A stretch of 63,426 nt of DNA, the filler included, from Globobulimina sp. (lineage: Eukaryota), in NCBI GenBank assembly GCA_003354225.1. It is 51 parts of 51 records of this genome, joined end to end, with 100 filler letters (N's around TTAATTAATTAA, not from the genome) between each part and the next. Parts side by side here need not be neighbours in the genome. Positions count along the whole stretch, not along the records: positions 62,283 to 63,426 come from PIVH01022430.1; 50 more parts are not named here. The stretch is one strand, 5' to 3'. The translations under genes were made by a program, and so were the position numbers. The notes under the pieces are model-generated. The model saw nothing but the letters and a program-made list of their open reading frames with translations. It had not been told where the DNA came from and searched no databases. Shown here piece after piece: positions 62,287 to 63,426 of this stretch (positions within the stretch are counted from its first letter, which is position 1; each line of letters opens with the position of its first letter).

Positions 62287-62939
62287 AAGGCAGCTTAGGG
62301 TCTCCCACGATCAGATCTAGCCCGGGTGCGATACCTTAGAGGCACATCACGCGGGAGAGGTACTACTGCATGCAAGAGGTTTCCCAAAAGCATACATCGC
62401 CTGACTGCAAGAAAGTCAACCAAACAAGGTCCCACAATCCGACAGCCATTGACGATTCACTTACCCCAGGGCCTGCATCTCTGTTAAATGTGAGAATATA
62501 ATGTGCCTGTATGTACCAGCTGTCGTCACTGTATGGCAGTATGTGTTCCCTAATACCTGTTTGTCGAATGCGAAACAGCATGTACCATTTAGGCCAAAAT
62601 CAGCCGTCACTCGATTAGAGTACTAAACTGGGGATCGGTCGAAAATTATTTCCCCATGGTGCAGAGGGGGATAACCCAGCCGTTCGTGCTAATCGCTCTC
62701 TGTGCGGTTCCTCTTTTTGTACGAGGTGCTACAATGTTCTGTAATGTCGAGGCGAGTTACTGGGGTCGAACTCTTCCCACTAAGCTATTGATCGCAAGAC
62801 TTAGTGGGAGATCTCTTGATTTTGTAGGATACGCTGTCAAGAGAGTGATCGTTACCCTGCTCCAAGCCCCCTTACGGGGGAAAAGCCACTGAAGGCTTAC
62901 AAGGCACACCACCTGAGCATCGTAAAGACTTGCTGCCTT
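62287..62939 (+). ncRNA. Candidate large structured non-coding RNA (~650 nt), family unassigned
   Basis: Long-range closing helix plus more than 12 mutually nested helices with G-U pairs on the + strand; no credible ORF; GC far above the flanking DNA. Confidence 0.65.
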
Positions 62940-63138
62940 AAGACACACAACTCTGGCGAATACATAAACAGTGGCACTCTGACCCTCGCATTAAAATGTT
63001 ACATGTTTTGTATAGTGAAGTAAATGAGTAAAATGTTATGCGACCAACCAAAATCTTAAATGTTAGCAAATAAATGGATAAAAGGCAAAAATAAATCCTT
63101 CGCATACATAGTACCGTGAAATGTTGTTACCCATACAG

Positions 63139-63426
63139 TTTAGAAATGGACCGTCAAACGATATAGTTTTTACAAATGGGCCGTCAAATGATAAGTTTTT
63201 TTTAGAAATGGACCGTCAAATGATAATAGGTTTTTAGAAATGGACCGTCAAATGAATACCTAATAGCTTTTTTTAGAAATGGACCGTCAAATGATAATAA
63301 AACGGACAGTCAAATGATAACAGTTTTTTTTAGAAATGGACCGTCAAATGAATACCTAATAGCTTTTTTTAGAAATGGACCGTCAAATGATAATAAAACG
63401 GACAGTCAAATGATAACAGTTTTTTT
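63139..63426 (+). repeat. Tandem array of nine (T)nAGAAATGGACCGTCAAATGA-type units with a ~97-bp higher-order period
   Basis: The core (AAT/AC)GG(A/G)C(C/A)GTCAAA recurs every 23-40 nt; the three-unit block at about 63231-63327 repeats at about 63328-63426. Confidence 0.92.

Noticed and set aside
62326-62735. Group II intron call (GTGCG at 62326; D5-like CAGCCGT...GCGGTTC at 62677-62710)
   Set aside because: The D5-like segment lacks the GNRA loop and AC bulge and competes with the CAGAGGG/CTCTCTG helix, and the closing stem extends outside these limits. It remains only an alternative to test with Rfam models.
62283-62990. rRNA fragment, or the short ORFs 62363-62581, 62656-62892 and 62757-62948
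   Set aside because: GGGATAAC and GTACGAG occur but at the wrong spacing and context for LSU rRNA; the ORFs are short and have no recognisable motifs.
63139-63426. CRISPR array
   Set aside because: Intervening sequences are short, T-rich and themselves repeated rather than unique spacers; no cas genes are visible.

Overview
This is not one genomic locus. It is 51 unrelated short contigs (1147 down to 1144 nt, sorted by length) joined by an artificial N44-TTAATTAATTAA-N44 spacer, so gene neighbourhood only has meaning inside a single contig. Most contigs are AT-rich genomic DNA of a protist with short GT-AG introns and standard stop codons. A rhizarian/foraminiferan-like source is my inference from composition and gene families. 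Recognisable genes include Rab1, NDUFS4, fimbrin/plastin, cactin, syntaxin-16, ATG18/WIPI, a P450, TBC, MATH, CAP-Gly, FYVE, Kelch, RGS-7TM, MFS and BCCT proteins. There are also retroelement fragments, foldback/MITE-like palindromes and tRNA-derived repeats. At least one contig is bacterial (6236-7381) and one looks like a eukaryote/bacterium chimera (28664-29809). Two signals stand out. (1) A ~650-nt ORF-poor, GC-elevated segment (62287-62939) folds into a fully nested multi-domain RNA structure that I cannot assign to a known family; it lies next to a tandem repeat array. (2) A bacterial multi-cassette peptide gene (7089-7376) carries four CCGTAKSPC-IEVELHPDVEEN units and looks like an undescribed RiPP precursor or metal-binding peptide. 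All family calls come from motif recognition by eye; no searches were run.
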